Source: Eledone cirrhosa (Eukaryota). From it: a stretch of 64,000 nt of DNA. A model generated the notes under the pieces. The model had not been told where the DNA came from. It worked only from the letters and a program-made list of their open reading frames with translations, and searched no databases. How positions within the stretch are numbered: the first letter of the stretch is position 1; every line of letters starts with the position of its first letter. The stretch is taken from the NCBI GenBank assembly GCA_964016885.1, contig OZ024741.1, positions 184,512,001-184,576,000 on the forward strand, given 5' to 3'. The position numbers and the translations under genes are program-made. Shown here piece by piece: positions 29,636 through 43,875 of the stretch.

Positions 29636-30392
29636 TATATACATACATATATAAAGCAACCATGTACGATGTCTCATTTGAAGAAGTCTTGGTGTGGGTG
29701 ATTAAATGAATGTATTTGAAATATTGGAACATCCTTCTGGTTATGGCATAACGTAAGAAAAGGACATTTCTAATGCCAAAATAACAACCAAACACAAAAG
29801 AACAATTATAGCACACAAGAATTTAACAATAAAATTTACAATTTCTTAATCAGTATAGTAGATTTTCCCACTATCCCTATGAGCTTTCGCGACGTAGCAG
29901 AAAGCGTACAAGCAATACAAATATTATTACCAGAATCCCATTCTCCTCATGCCACTGAGAATGACTTAAAACGTTAATGGACTAATGGATTTTGGGACAC
30001 TACTGTTCTAACCTTAACATAAAGGACTAGAATGGAAATGTTAAATATCCTTATTAAAAATGATTAAACCCGACCACAAATATCACATTAACCTAACAAC
30101 CACATAATACACATACATACATACGTCCACATTCACACGTCCACACACACACACACATACATACACACGTACACACATACACGGTTTGGTGCCCCTACCT
30201 GAGGTTAGCCCAACGGGAGTGAGAGACCCCTAGTTCTTGTTAGGACATCATTCTAGGAGAAGGCAGCTTATGATAGTTACCTACACTTTTTTTTTAATAC
30301 TAGTCTGCGTTGTTCACAGAGTGGGACTGGCCTAGTGTGAGGCCTTTCCACGCTTAATAAAGCTTCAAACCCAGCCATCACATGATCTAAAA

Positions 30393-30944
30393 CAGTGGTC
30401 GCCAACCAGTGGTCCGCGGACATCTGAAGATCCGAGAGAAAATGTTGGTGGTCCGCAGAAATTTGGACATCATTTGCAATTTGTATGTTATATTAATAAT
30501 TGTTTCTACTTTCGGCACAAGGCCAGCAAAGACCCAGTGTATTACTGGTTATTCGGCTAAAATATATTCCATAACACCCCTACAAATGTTTCTCCTCAGT
30601 AATGAACTAACATCCATGAAAGAATTTTACACATATGTATCATCTATCAACATGATGACACACATAGGCTTCAGTATTGGTTAATAAAACTTTCCAGCAG
30701 AGAGCTACGTCCCTTTACGATCTGAGTTCAAATCCCGCCGAGGTTAACTTTGCCTTTCATCCATATGGGGTCGATAAAATAAAGTACCAGTAATGTACTG
30801 GGTAATTGCAGGCCTTGTGCCAAAAGTAGAAACAATTATTTTACAAATGTATTTATATATTTTTTTAAATTCATATCAGTGTCCCGCAGGATTTAAACTC
30901 ATGAATTTAGTGGTCCGTGAGGTCTGAGGGGTTGGCGACCGCAG
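30393..30944. mobile_element. hAT (Charlie-like) MITE containing SINE fragments
   Basis: TIRs CAGTGGTCGCCAACC / GGTTGGCGACCGCAG; 8 bp TSD atctaaaa/atataaaa. Internal SINE pieces at 30497-30550 (-) and 30695-30840 (+). It interrupts a third copy of the 3967-type element (30183-31125). Confidence 0.85.
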
Positions 30945-31137
30945 ATATAAAAGACTTCCATATGTGTGGCTTGAATATGACCTTTTCTTTTTTCTTTCGC
31001 TGTAGCATATGTAGAAATAAATCTAAGTCTCTAGTAAGGCTAAAAGGTCATGTACGTGCCACCCCTGTAAAAGAAAAAAGGTCAAGGGATGACAATTCTC
31101 GAAACCGAATGCAGCCATTATGTATGTAAGTTCGCTT

Positions 31138-31196
31138 ATCCTTGAAAAGTCATGCTGATCACATAAGCCGAAACCGCTTGGTGCTGCGGTCGGGAT
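31138..31196 (+). ncRNA. Decayed hammerhead motif
   Basis: atcc TTGAAAA ... GAA ACCGC-ttggtgct-GCGGT C gggat: stem III and GUC are perfect, but the core has two substitutions. Confidence 0.45.
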
Positions 31197-31230
31197 TTTA
31201 CTCCCATCTCTCTCACTATATATATATATA

Positions 31231-31413
31231 TAGTGAAATTCCGTTATAACGACATTTAGGAGGTATAAAAATATTTCGTTATAACGAAAAATTCTTTATA
31301 ACGAGATCGACCGAAACAAATGGAGCGTTTCTTTGTTATTACATCGACGATTGAAAAATATTACGTTATACTGAAACATTCGTTATAACGATATTCGTTA
31401 TAACGGTATTTTA

Positions 31414-31414
<1 letters not shown>
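31231..31414. mobile_element. Tigger/pogo-like MITE
   Basis: Ends tagtgaaattccgttataacg / cgttataacggtattttatct; several internal CGTTATAACG palindromes; TA context. Confidence 0.6.
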
Positions 31415-31447
<33 letters not shown>

Positions 31448-32151
31448 CATAAATATAACCTTACATATATATATGTAATTTACGCCATGATATTTCGGGG
31501 TATGGCACTAGTTGTAATTATTGAGTCCGTTATTGGTGTTATCTTTTATTTTAATTATATTATTTTTACATTAATATTATTGCCATCATCATTGTTCACT
31601 TTGTTGCTGTTTGTTTTTGTAGTGGAGGGTGTGTGGTGATGATAGTTGTGGTAGTGGTGGTAGTTAGTCGGCTGAACGGGTGTGGTGTATGTCTAGATGT
31701 CTCCTTCCCAGATCTGACAGCTCTATTGCACTTCTCCTGAGTCGGTGGCACGAAAGCTGTTCCGTTATGACATGTATGCTACTGTTGGCTGTGGGATACA
31801 GCCTGACACTGGCGTTTTATTGAAATAGACGTGTCAAACAACCCTCCTCCCCTTTCTCTCTCTCTGTCTCTTTGTCCCTTACTCTCTCTCTTCTCTGTCT
31901 CTCTATCCCTTACTCTCTCTCCTTCTCTCACTTCTCTGCCATCACTTATCACGTTCCTTCCTACTGACCCTCTCCAGAACATCCAGTTTCCTAGTAAACC
32001 CACCTTCACTAGACCCGTTTTTTTAACTACTTTCTCCATAGCATCACCGTGTCCCTCATTTGATATCATTTATTCTGTCCCTCTCTTCCTAGACTTCTCA
32101 ATCTCCTTCTAACCCTATCTCTTCTCACCCTCTCACTCTCTTCATTTTTCA

Positions 32152-32204
<53 letters not shown>

Positions 32205-32299
32205 CATGAATCTTTATATGTATTATTAAGATTTTCTTTCTTTTCTTATTGTATTTGTTGAAGATTTTTCAACCATCGAGTATTACGGATAGAAACATG

Positions 32300-32359
<60 letters not shown>

Positions 32360-32365
32360 CGAATG

Positions 32366-32396
<31 letters not shown>

Positions 32397-32591
32397 ATAT
32401 ATATATACCCGAATTACTTGATCGTTTTTTTGGCTATACGAATGATTGTTTAACCATCGTCTCAGTGTGTTTGGCCTTTAACGTTTGTTATAGCCCTGGT
32501 TCATCTGCATCATTGAGCACTTGCCGCACATCTCGGAGGTTGTTTTTCGTTATTTCGTGGGCCGAAATGCGAATCTCGATAATTTATGTTT

Positions 32592-32672
<81 letters not shown>

Positions 32673-32727
32673 CAAAGGGATATTTAATTTGTTGGTAATT
32701 CAACAAATATATATATTTATAACAGAT

Positions 32728-33127
32728 TCGAAGCACTCGACGACAGATTTTCTGGAGTATAATATCAATGATATTGATAAATGGGAACTATATTTATAAA
32801 ACCATATTTATTCTATTATATATATATTTCAAGGGTACCAAAACTTTGGTACGCACTCATCAGATAAAATACAAAGCGTGTTTTATAAATTTTGACATAT
32901 CCAGGAATGAGACCTTAACGGTTCAAGTTTTACCTGGATAGGTAAAACTTTAACCATATCCAGGTTAAACTTGAACCGTTAAGATCTCATTCCTGGATAT
33001 ATCAATATTTATAAAACAAACTTTGTATTTTATCTGATGAACGCGTACCAAAGTTTTAGTACCCTTGAAATCTATATAATAGAATAAATATGGTTTTATA
33101 AATATAGTTTCCATTTATTAATATCAT

Positions 33128-33132
<5 letters not shown>
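32728..33132. mobile_element. Fold-back element with one hammerhead per arm (family A, copy 2)
   Basis: Palindrome 32762-33132. Plus CTGATGA 33034-33040 and GAAA 33067-33070; minus arm CTGATGA gtgcGTACCAA-agtt-TTGGTACcctt GAAATATATAT A. Confidence 0.8.
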
Positions 33133-33225
<93 letters not shown>

Positions 33226-33279
33226 AAAGTTATATTTAAATTGTTGGGTTACAACTAGTAAATATTTATAACTGATATA

Positions 33280-33860
33280 AAAGCACTCGACAAGTATTTG
33301 GAGTATATTTACAATATTAAATAAATGGAAACTATATTTATAAAACCATATTTATTTCATTATATATATTTCAGGGATATCATATTAACAATATGCTATG
33401 CCTTCCTCAGACAAAATACAATATAAACAGTTTTATAGATAAATAGATTTGACATACCGTAACAACATCGTCTTGTATTTGAAAAGTTGAATTGGCAGTG
33501 AAAAAATTGTACACAGAGAGAAAGAGAGAGAGAAAAAAGAAAAGAAAGACAGAAAACGAAGAAAAAGAAGAAAAAGAAGAAAAAGAAGAAATGCATGGAA
33601 CAAAATCGTTTTTTCTTCGTTTTCTGTCTTTCTTTTCTTTTTTCTCTCTTTCTTTCTCTCTGTGTACAATTTTTTCACTGCCAATTCAACTTTTCAAATA
33701 CAAGTCGATGTTGTTACGGTATGTCAAATCTATTTATCTATAAAACTGTTTATATTGTATTTTGTCTGAGGAAGGCATAGCATATTGTTAATATGATATC
33801 CCTGAAATATATATAATGAAATAAATATGGTTTTATAAATATAGTTTCCATTTATTTAAT

Positions 33861-33866
<6 letters not shown>
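33280..33866. mobile_element. Fold-back element with one hammerhead per arm (family A, copy 3)
   Basis: Near-perfect palindrome 33310-33866. Plus CTGAGGA AGGcatagCATATT-gtt-AATATGatatcCCT GAAATATATAT A (33766-33815); mirror copy at 33361-33410. Confidence 0.82.
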
Positions 33867-33909
<43 letters not shown>

Positions 33910-34314
33910 CCACCTGTTTCTGTTACCCGGAGATTTACCCATCTGTATTGTTGAGGCTTTCATAACTACCAATTATATATATATGTGTGTATGTATGTAT
34001 GTATGCATGTATTCATTATATCATAGAAAACACGTTTACAGTAGTAGAAATCTTTCATTCATATGAAATCCTCAGGAAAATCTCTAATGATTTCTAACGA
34101 GTTCTAGTTTTGTAGACGTCATTTCTATAATATAAAACAATTAATATACCTATGCTCTACTCTACTAACGTATTGAGTACCTTTTTTAAGAGTGTCACCC
34201 TCCGATTTGCATCGGCATCCCATTTATGATATATTTAAGTGTGTTTGTATCTATGTATACATACATACATACATACATACATACGTACATACATACATAC
34301 ATATATACATCTAT

Positions 34315-34957
34315 ATAGACATCCATGTACATAATATGAAAAAGTACTGGTGGAATGTTCCAGTAAAAACCCCAATAAAATGCAGGCATAACGGACCAGA
34401 TAATATGATATGGGACAGGGAGAAGAAAACATGTACAGTAGTGGAAATTAGCTGCCCAGCAGATGCCAATATAATATCAAAGATTAGTGAAAAGGAGAAT
34501 ATTTATGCAGAACTGATGAGAAATCTGCAGATACTCCACCCTGATTACACCTTCAGATTTATGTCTGTGATTATTGGGGCACTGGGCTATGTTAGTAACT
34601 GCCTCAATACAAATCTTGAGAAGCTAGGCTTCACAGGAACAGAAAGAACACAACTAGTTAGGAAATTACAAGTACAATCCATTAATGGAACAGTAAAATA
34701 TGTAAAACATTCCAAAAATGTTGCATCTAATAACTGCATATACACATGTACAGATACAAAGCATATACACATGCACACATACAACTCTAAACATACACAT
34801 CCACACTTACAATAACATCCATATCTACACATGCATGCATACATATCTACCTAGTTGATGTTGTGTAAATTCCAATGAGAGTGTCTTGTGTCTATGTTAG
34901 AAACCGACTCCCTCTCTATTGGTAAAACTTTGTGAAATTATAAAACCAGAAGAAAAT
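34315..34957 (+). mobile_element. R4/Dong-type LINE 3' fragment (restriction-like endonuclease and UTR)
   Basis: YWWNVPVKT...PDNMIWDREKKTCTVVEISCPAD...KENIY...VIIGALG (PD-(D/E)xK type); preceded by (CATA)n; same family as 46308-48995. Confidence 0.88.
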
Positions 34958-34959
34958 AC

Positions 34960-35042
<83 letters not shown>

Positions 35043-35981
35043 TGTGTCAGTATGTGTGTATTATATACACACGTACATAAGTATATATATATATATATGT
35101 ATACTATCGTTGTATAGTTTTATAGCTACATTTATTTTTTCCATACTGACTATATAGAAACAAATCATTGTACATGGAAAAACACAAATACTAATATCCA
35201 AACGCCTATGAACTCTAACAAAGGCAGATTAACACATATACGAATATAAACAACTATTTACACGCCTATCTTAGTATTTTCTCGAATCACAAACAATAAT
35301 TTTATTGTTGTTTGTAGCTGTTTCATTGGTGTTAAAAAGATCAAATATTTGAGCTACATAAATACTGCTATGGTGCCATGGACTGCGAGTTCAGACTATA
35401 CTCTCTCTGTCTTGTCATTACTGTGCAGGTCGAATCACTCGGCAGCCGCCTTGAATATTGTTATCACAACTAGAGCCCACCGTTTCATGAAATTGTGTAA
35501 ACATTCTTGCTAGATGTGAGAATCAAAATTAACAAGTGTTTTGCGATTCCAAGAGACAGAACCTCAAACTTTATCAAATGTATTTGTTATGCACTTTACA
35601 CAGGACGTTCTAAGCCTGTTGCACAATTACTTTTTAACATTGACTATCTGTTAGGAGAAAATTACAACTAGTTCCACAGATCAGCTCTGTGAAGTAAATA
35701 TTCATACACTTACATATCCTCATTCTCTTTACCTCTCACACACATGTCCCACCCCACACAAACATATATATATTTTTAATTTATTAGAAACATATATTTT
35801 ATTCTAATTTCCACTACAGTAATTTTGACAATGTTGCTATATGTGGAATTAAACTTGCAACCTTGCTAAATAGAATACTCACAACACAATTTGCATCCTC
35901 TAGAGATTCACACATACCACATTGATAGGAGGGTTGCCAGATCAATTTCATGAAACGTAGTACCAAAAGTAGCGGAATATG

Positions 35982-36034
<53 letters not shown>

Positions 36035-36344
36035 ATCTGTGTGTGTGTGTGTGTGTGTATGAGTGTGTGTGTGTGAGTGAGTGAGTGTGTGTGTATGTGT
36101 GTGTGTGTGTGTGTATGTGTGTGTCTGGGTGTGTGTGTGTGTCTTGTATTATTTTGCTCATTTCAGTCCTTAATATTATTTATTGTTTCAGATTTGGTTC
36201 CAAGAATTTCCAATATTTGGAGATGTGGTTTACATCTAAGCTGTCTGGTTTCGAGAATTTCAAAATTGGCTTTATTTCTACTAGTTTCTACTGGTTTCTG
36301 TTAATTTTCCAGCCTTTTAATATTTAAATCATTTCAAAGTTCGT

Positions 36345-36660
36345 AGTTATCACGGAAATCAGAGAGTTACTCCAGATAAAGGCGCTACTCCTTGGAACGA
36401 ATAGAGAGACCACAGCTCCGATACTATGGGAATGTGGTTAGAATGTCTCAAGAAAGATTTTACTGTCAGATTTTACTGGCAAAACCAGGGGTAGACACCG
36501 AGCAAGATGGTTGGACAACATCCATGAGCTTGGCTGGTGAGGCTTGGGGATTCAGCCGGATTAACAGGAGACGGTTCCTTCTGACAGGACCCGCTGGAAA
36601 GATTGTTTGAGGACTCTGCCCCCACGACCCTTTCGGGAATAGGTGGGCGGAGAAGAAGAT
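36345..36660 (+). mobile_element. RTE-type LINE 3' fragment
   Basis: IERPQLRYYGNVVRMSQERF..QILLAKP; similar to 40100-40390. Confidence 0.7.
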
Positions 36661-37236
36661 TAAAAAAAAAAGATAAAATATTATGTTCAATAATACTTTT
36701 GAATTAAAAATAACTGTTTTCCCTTATTTTAAAAGCATAACTATATGGACTTGACAAACTGATTTATGAAGTTTAGTATTTCTACCGAGCGCCTATTTGC
36801 GGCACAGTTTATTAGACACGTAAAAGTCATAAACGTTTCGGAAAAAGTTAATTTCCTAAGAAATCCAATGTTACATTTATAGTTGCTTTTCAATCTGGGT
36901 GACACCGGTTATTGTGTATATATATAATAATATATAGTCTGGAACTAGTTGTTGAAACAGCAAGAACTCAGCCGTCGGGGTCCTGACTCTTTCATATGAC
37001 TATACTCTACCACCCGAAGTATCGAATATTCTGGGGAGTAATGGCCTAAACAGGGTTTACTGCATCCATATCCATACTGATTTTTATCTATATACATATA
37101 TATATATATAGTTGTTATATAGTTGGTTGTCATACGGTTCAATAAACTTTTGTTAGCAATATTAAGTTCTCCACGCTTTTGTATATCTCCAATTCCATTT
37201 ATGGGAACAGCTAGATGATGTAAAACGGAGTATTTG

Positions 37237-37577
37237 TATCAAAATAAAGATCCGAAGGCATGGTATAAATTTCCAATCATTTTAATCACGTCACATGTTT
37301 CAATAAGAGATAGATCGATCGTGTGGCCATGATCGATTATCACTGATCTCGGGAGGTGAAAATGAATTGTCTTCAAATCCTTGATATGAGGGAGAAAATT
37401 TGAGTGAACATTGTTAAATTTTCTCCCTCATTTCAAGGATTTGAAGACAATTCATTTTCACCTGACGAGATCAGTGATAATCGATCATGGCCACACGATC
37501 GATCTATCTCTTATTGAAACATGCATCGTGATTAAAATGATTGGAAATGTATACCATGCCTTCGGATCTTTATTTTG

Positions 37578-37580
<3 letters not shown>
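37237..37580. mobile_element. Fold-back element with long-stem-II hammerhead-like motif
   Basis: Arms of about 165 bp around 37402-37414. Plus arm tcattttcac CTGACGA ... atcgatc-atggccacac-gatcgat ... GAAACATG...gtgattaaaatga; the right end runs into (TA)n. Confidence 0.7.
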
Positions 37581-37629
<49 letters not shown>

Positions 37630-38346
37630 ATACGACAGGTTTCTACATAATTTATGTCTATAAAGTTTTACTCACAAGGTATGGGCTAAAATGAGCTTAT
37701 GGTAGAACACATTCGCTCAAAGTTTCATACAGTGCTACCAAACCGGCTACCCATATTTAGTTCGATCCCAGTTTTCAACTTATTATCTTAGGAAGAATGT
37801 TAGACTAATTATGCTTATTTTTACTTTTGATTATTTTAGAAAGAATGCATTGTCTCAGTGAAGTGAAAATAATGTAATAATGCTGTTAACTCAAAGACAA
37901 ATGCTCTTTGAAGTCTTTTTGTTTTAATGTTTCGGTTTCATTCTCTATATTTACACATGGCTGAACTTTTATTTGTTTAGATTTATATTTAACGTACTGT
38001 AAATATCTATCGTATGTTCTGTTGTGTTCTATGTTTGTTCTGTTCAGTACTGTTCCCCTTCTACACTGAATCAGACTCAATTACAAGTCATATGTTATCA
38101 ACAATAGAAATACAGAGAAATGGAAGAAACATGTCACTTAAATAAATGAACAAATGCATGAATACATTTTTAAAAGACAAACTTAACAACCAACAAAAAC
38201 AAATATATAATACAAAGTATTGAACACGGTGAGTTATTTTGTTAAAAAAGCAAACGTTGAGACAAAATGCAAATTATTTCAGACAATCACAGACACAAAC
38301 ACACAATCACAAAAACACGCGCGCGCACGCACACACACACACACAC

Positions 38347-38429
<83 letters not shown>

Positions 38430-38959
38430 CACACACACTAACACAAACACACACACACACACACACACACTCACACACACACACATGCACGTTGGATTAA
38501 TTTTGCCGTTGTTTTTTTATTAAACGATATAAGTAGCATAATTAGAGTTTCGGATTAAATGCCTTGCGGTGTTGGTTCCGTCTACCTGTGGCTTGAATTC
38601 AAATCCTGCTGAAGTCCACTTTGTCTACAACTGTTTCGGAGTTGTTGAACAGAAAATTACTGTGGGGACAATGGACAACGTAATGGTTAAAACATTCGAT
38701 GGAACGCCTATGGTTATCTGTTCCGGCTCTGTGCATTCTATGAGTTCAAATTGAGCCTCGTCTCACTGGAACTTAACAACAAACAGAAAGCTATGCCAGG
38801 AGTTGCAACCGGCAGACAGTATCAGCAATAGGAAACATTAGGTGAAACATGACTTCTTTAGTGTAATTTGATAAATCAACGATCTTTTGATCGAATATCA
38901 TCATATGAGTAATTATATGCTCCTATGAACAAGTGATTAAATAGTCGTGGCACAAATCA

Positions 38960-40420
38960 ACAATCTCTACATAGCCGTTATTCAAATGTGGCAAGGCCTC
39001 TGGGGTACATGCATTTCGGCCCGAGGTATTAAAAGCCTTGAATAGTGGAGTTATTCTCTGGCTGAGTCGTGTGAACCCGGTGGTCTGGATTTCTGGAAAA
39101 TCACCTAAGCAATGACAGTCAGGAATGATAATCCCAGTTTTCAAAACGTGAGACGAGAGAAATTGCTTTAATTATAGAGGGATCTCCTTATTAAGCATCC
39201 GCGGTAAAATCTATGCTAGATGTTTGGCAAAGAATCGTAGAGATATCGACAAATCCAAACTAACTCATGGACAGCATGTTTTTTGCTTGAACCTAGCACA
39301 GCCTACCAAATATTCGCAATGTGAAAGGTCGTGGGAGTGTTGCCAAAAGCTGTCTGACTGTTTCGTACACCTCGAAAAAGCACAACACCACGGTCCGCGG
39401 AAACTACCGTGGAAAGTCCTGCAAGAGTGTGGAATCGATGAACAGCTTCTAGTTTTTCTGGTCTTTCTGTACAATTGGCCAAGTAATTCTTTTCGGATAA
39501 TTGGTGCTAAGTCGAAACAATTCAATGGGTCTCGAACTCCGCCAAGGATACATAGTTTCACCTCATCTATTTATCATCTTTATGAACAGGATTGGCATGC
39601 GCAGCCGGGTTGAAATTGGTATCACGACTGGCATAGGTAGGATCAATCGGCTGGAATTTGCATACATTATGGTATTGTGTAACTCGTCATAATATGATTT
39701 TCAATATATACTGGATGTGTTTGCTGCCGAGTCCTCGATGGCAGAAATGAAAATCAACTCTTCAAAGACTAAGAAACTCGTCTCTCAAGAAAGCCTGTTC
39801 AGTGCACTCTAAATGTGAGTGGAGCTCCACTGAAGCAGATGGAGAAGTTCATGTATCTTGGGGCTGTAGTAACGAGTTCTGGAAGCCAGGATGCTGAATT
39901 AAGTGCAAACATTTCTGAGGGTAAATTAATTGGAGGAATGACAGAGGCTGGTGCATTAATACACCGGCGTCAGTATTCGGTCATCAGAAGAAGAGATATA
40001 TTCGTGTCAACCTTTACCTGTGGTCAAGGATCTTGGGCATTGACCGAAAGTGTACGATTGCGAATACAAGCGTTCGAAATGGGGCACCCGAATGGTCTTT
40101 GGAGTAAAGTTACTCGGTAGAGTGCGTAGTTTGGAGATTAGAATGTCGCTACTTCAGAAGTCAGAATGCCCGAGAAAGAATCACTGGACAGATTTCACGG
40201 GTAAAACCAACAGGTAAAAGACCCAGGAGTAGACCCTAAGCAATGTGGTTGGATAACATCAATGAGCTCGCCTAATTTCACTTTGGGATCTAGTTGGATC
40301 AATTGGAGACGGTTGCTTCTGACAGGAATCGCTGAGAGGCGTGATTGAGGACCCTACTCCATGATGCTCCCAGGGATGTGTGGGCGAACAAGAAGAAGAA
40401 GAAGAAGAAGAAGAAGAAGA
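38960..40420 (+). mobile_element. Decayed RTE-type LINE (RT region to 3' end) with (GAA)n tail
   Basis: GKASG...PE.LK, NYRGISLLS, LKQMEKFMYLG and TFTCGQGSWAL...RIQAFEM; many frameshifts; tail gaagaagaa at 40392-40420. Confidence 0.85.
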
Positions 40421-41244
40421 AGGCTTTGTGCTAGGTATCGAGGACATTTTCCAGAGTCATTGTGGTAGGTTGGAGGAAGAAGAGAAGATATCCTTAGAAG
40501 GGAGGCCTCGCCAAATACCTTCAACGAAATATAGTCCGATAAAGGCAGTCAAGAGCCTGAGGGTGGTTGACATATATCATCTACCACCCAAGAAGAGATA
40601 TAGTTTCATGGACCAACTTCCCCCAAAATTTCACACACAAGCCTTTTGTCGACACGAAGATATATTTGAAAGCACTCGCACAAGATAGCGCACAGTTGGT
40701 TGAACTCGAAACTACTTATTGCTAGTTTGGCATTTACTTTTCTCAAGTCTTTTATTCATCACCCAGAAGATACAAATATGCGTTGATGAAAGTAGGAATT
40801 GAAACGTTAACCTCTGTTTTTCTATATTGACTTCTCACTATAACAGACATCTACCGTTTATGAGGGGAAGTTTCTACTTGATTTAACAGTTTCCGAGTAC
40901 TTGACTGCTATTTTTTTTATTGACCCTGGAAGGATGGAAGGCCAATTCTTCATCGGTAAGATTTATACATCAAACTATAAATAGATGTAACTAAACACTG
41001 CCAGGCATTTTTGTTCTAACACAGCATTCTATCATCTCTGTCACTCTAAAACTCTTAGAGTTTTGGTATATTACAAAGTCGGTCATCTGCGAACAATTTT
41101 TCTATTTTTTTTGTTTCATTTTAAAGACAGACAGACAGTTAAAAAGAATAAAAGAAACGAAATTAGCAAAAACAAAAACAAAAATGAAAATAACATTTGA
41201 CGCTGTAAACATTTTTGAAGGTTACTTCAAACACACACACACAT

Positions 41245-41309
<65 letters not shown>

Positions 41310-41310
41310 A

Positions 41311-41349
<39 letters not shown>

Positions 41350-42132
41350 ACATGCACGCGCGTACTCACACACACACACACACATATATATACACGCGCG
41401 CGTGCACACACATACACACACACACGTATATGTTTTTTTTTAGTTGTTCACATCCGATAATATTTCTAAGGAATGTAAGGTGAGCTTTTGACATATTTAT
41501 GCCAGAAGACTATCACGTAAACAGAGAACCCTGTTGAAAGACTGGGTCGAGAAATTCAGGGTATCATTTAGCAGCTAAAATTGCTTGTTGGCACCGGTGG
41601 TAGTGTCAGAAGTAAGGTAAAAGGGGAGTGAGAGAAAAAAGAGGGAGTGGAAGGTGTGTCCGGTTATCTCATTTAGCAAACTAACAGCATATTTACGGTG
41701 TTTGGGATGTGTGTCAATGAAAACAGGATCAACAATGAAAATGTATGCCATACTGAGTGGAAAAATAGAAATTGAAGATGAAGGGAACCAATATGTTTCT
41801 ACATAAATAAATAGTGCATAAGAAGCGAATTAAATCTAATTGAAAGCCGGGAGCATGTAATTGAATAAATATTACATGCACATAGTGTATTGCGACTTTC
41901 ATTGTCATTGAGCATAGACTTCCAGGACAAGGTAGTTAGGATAATCTAAGCGATGTTTTTAAACAATTTTTCTCCGATGAAGGACTCAATTCTAACTATT
42001 AGTTTCTAACACATCTCACGTCACAAAACACAACACTTTTCAGGTTGCAACGGCGGAACTCTACGCAAATAGTGGATCTGTTATGAATAGGAACTAAATT
42101 TCATACGGCGTGTCTAGGGCATTTTAAAACCT

Positions 42133-42540
42133 GGTTGAGGCACTATTGGGGCACTGGGGTATGTTAGTAACTGCCTCAATAGAAATCTTGGGAAGCTGGG
42201 CTTCACAGAAACAGAAAGAACACGACTAGTTAGGAAATTACAAGCATGTTCCATTAATGAAACAGTAAAAATATGGAAAACATTTCAAACATTCTGCATC
42301 TAATAACTGCATACACACATGTACAGATAAAAAGCATATGCACATGCACACATGCAACTCAAGACATACACATCCACACATACAACAACATCCATACCTG
42401 CAGACACATGCATGCAGGCATGCATACATATCTACCTAGTTAATATTGTGTAAATTCCAATGAGAGAGTCTTGTATCTATGTTAGAAACCGACTCTCTTT
42501 ATATGCAAAAATTTGTGAAGTTATAAAACCAGAAGACCAT
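42133..42540 (+). mobile_element. R4/Dong-type LINE 3' end
   Basis: Reverse complement of 46308-46713; followed by (CATA)n at 42538-42611. Confidence 0.88.
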
Positions 42541-43009
42541 ACATACATACATACATACATACATACATACATACATACATACATACATACATACATACAT
42601 ACATACATACATGATGTTGCATGCAAAAACAGAGATTATATTTTGGTTTTATCTTTTGCATTCATTTTTTTATTATAATTATAATTATTTGAAGTTCCCT
42701 TGGAACGATAAAATTCCTAAATTGGAGATGAATCTCACCAATCTTACTTTTACAAGCGTAAATTATAAATCATGTGTTTCTTGTTTAACATGTTCTCAAG
42801 TTTACATATTTAGGCTTCTTTTTTATTTCACTTTTACTAGTTACAATAATAACATATAATATACGTAACAGATATATAATATATAATACATATTGCTGTA
42901 TACACATACGCACACATTCAGACATAGAAACACACATACACACGCACACACACATACATATACACACACACACACTTACACACACATATATATATATATA
43001 TATATAAAG

Positions 43010-43062
<53 letters not shown>

Positions 43063-43717
43063 GTATATACAGACAAACTTACATAACTACCTGTAATTTG
43101 AATCCTAAATTTGTTATCCAGCTTTGGTTTATTTCACGTGATGTATTTATTACTTTCCTATTTAGATAATAACTAGGCAATATTCCAGGCAAATTAGAAC
43201 AATCTTGCCTTGATAAAGTCTTAACTGGGGAGACCTTATGCCTTCTTGAAATCTCATTATTTTGTATGGGGAACGGGTGATGTATGACTGGCTGTCAGAT
43301 CAACTTTCTTAAACGTTGCCCGGCCTAAAAGACGGTGTTGTTTTTCAATATCATTAAATACTTAACTCTACCAAGCTGTTTTGTGAGGCACGAGCCTACA
43401 GGGGAGTTTCTATATGTTCACTTAACCTGCGAAAAATATTAACCAACTTTCCTCAAATTACACTCTGATACATTAAATAAAGAATGTTACGTTAAACAAT
43501 GTAGTATATGATATGCAGAATAACGGGATATCCACGACTGGGACGCTTTTGATCATATGTCTACTGAATTAGAGTTGAACGAGGACAATGCAATAAATAA
43601 CTATAGCAATATATAAGGCATTCATTGGAATTACCTTCAAACCACACCTTAGTGTTTTAAAACTTAAACGAATGGCAAGTTAGATAATGTAATTCTACAT
43701 ACACAAGTGGACGAATC

Positions 43718-43875
43718 ATGGCCTAATGGTTAAGAAGCTCATTTTGCAATCATAATGTCTCAGATTTGATCCCGTTGCGTGACATATTGGGTAAGTGATA
43801 TTTGCAATAGATTCGGCTCGACCAAAGACTGGCGCGTAAGGCTTGTTCGACGGAAACTGCCTGAGACTCGCCGGA
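43718..43875 (+). mobile_element. Second tRNA-derived SINE family (decayed)
   Basis: A-box-like tggcctaatggttaag, then ttgggtaagtg...cgaccaaagac...cggaaactg. Related minus-strand relics at about 5480-5550, 37630-37740 and 40600-40715. Confidence 0.55.

Noticed and set aside
41965-42030. CCGATGA-aggact...agtttct possible decayed hammerhead
   Set aside because: GAAA and stem III are not identifiable.
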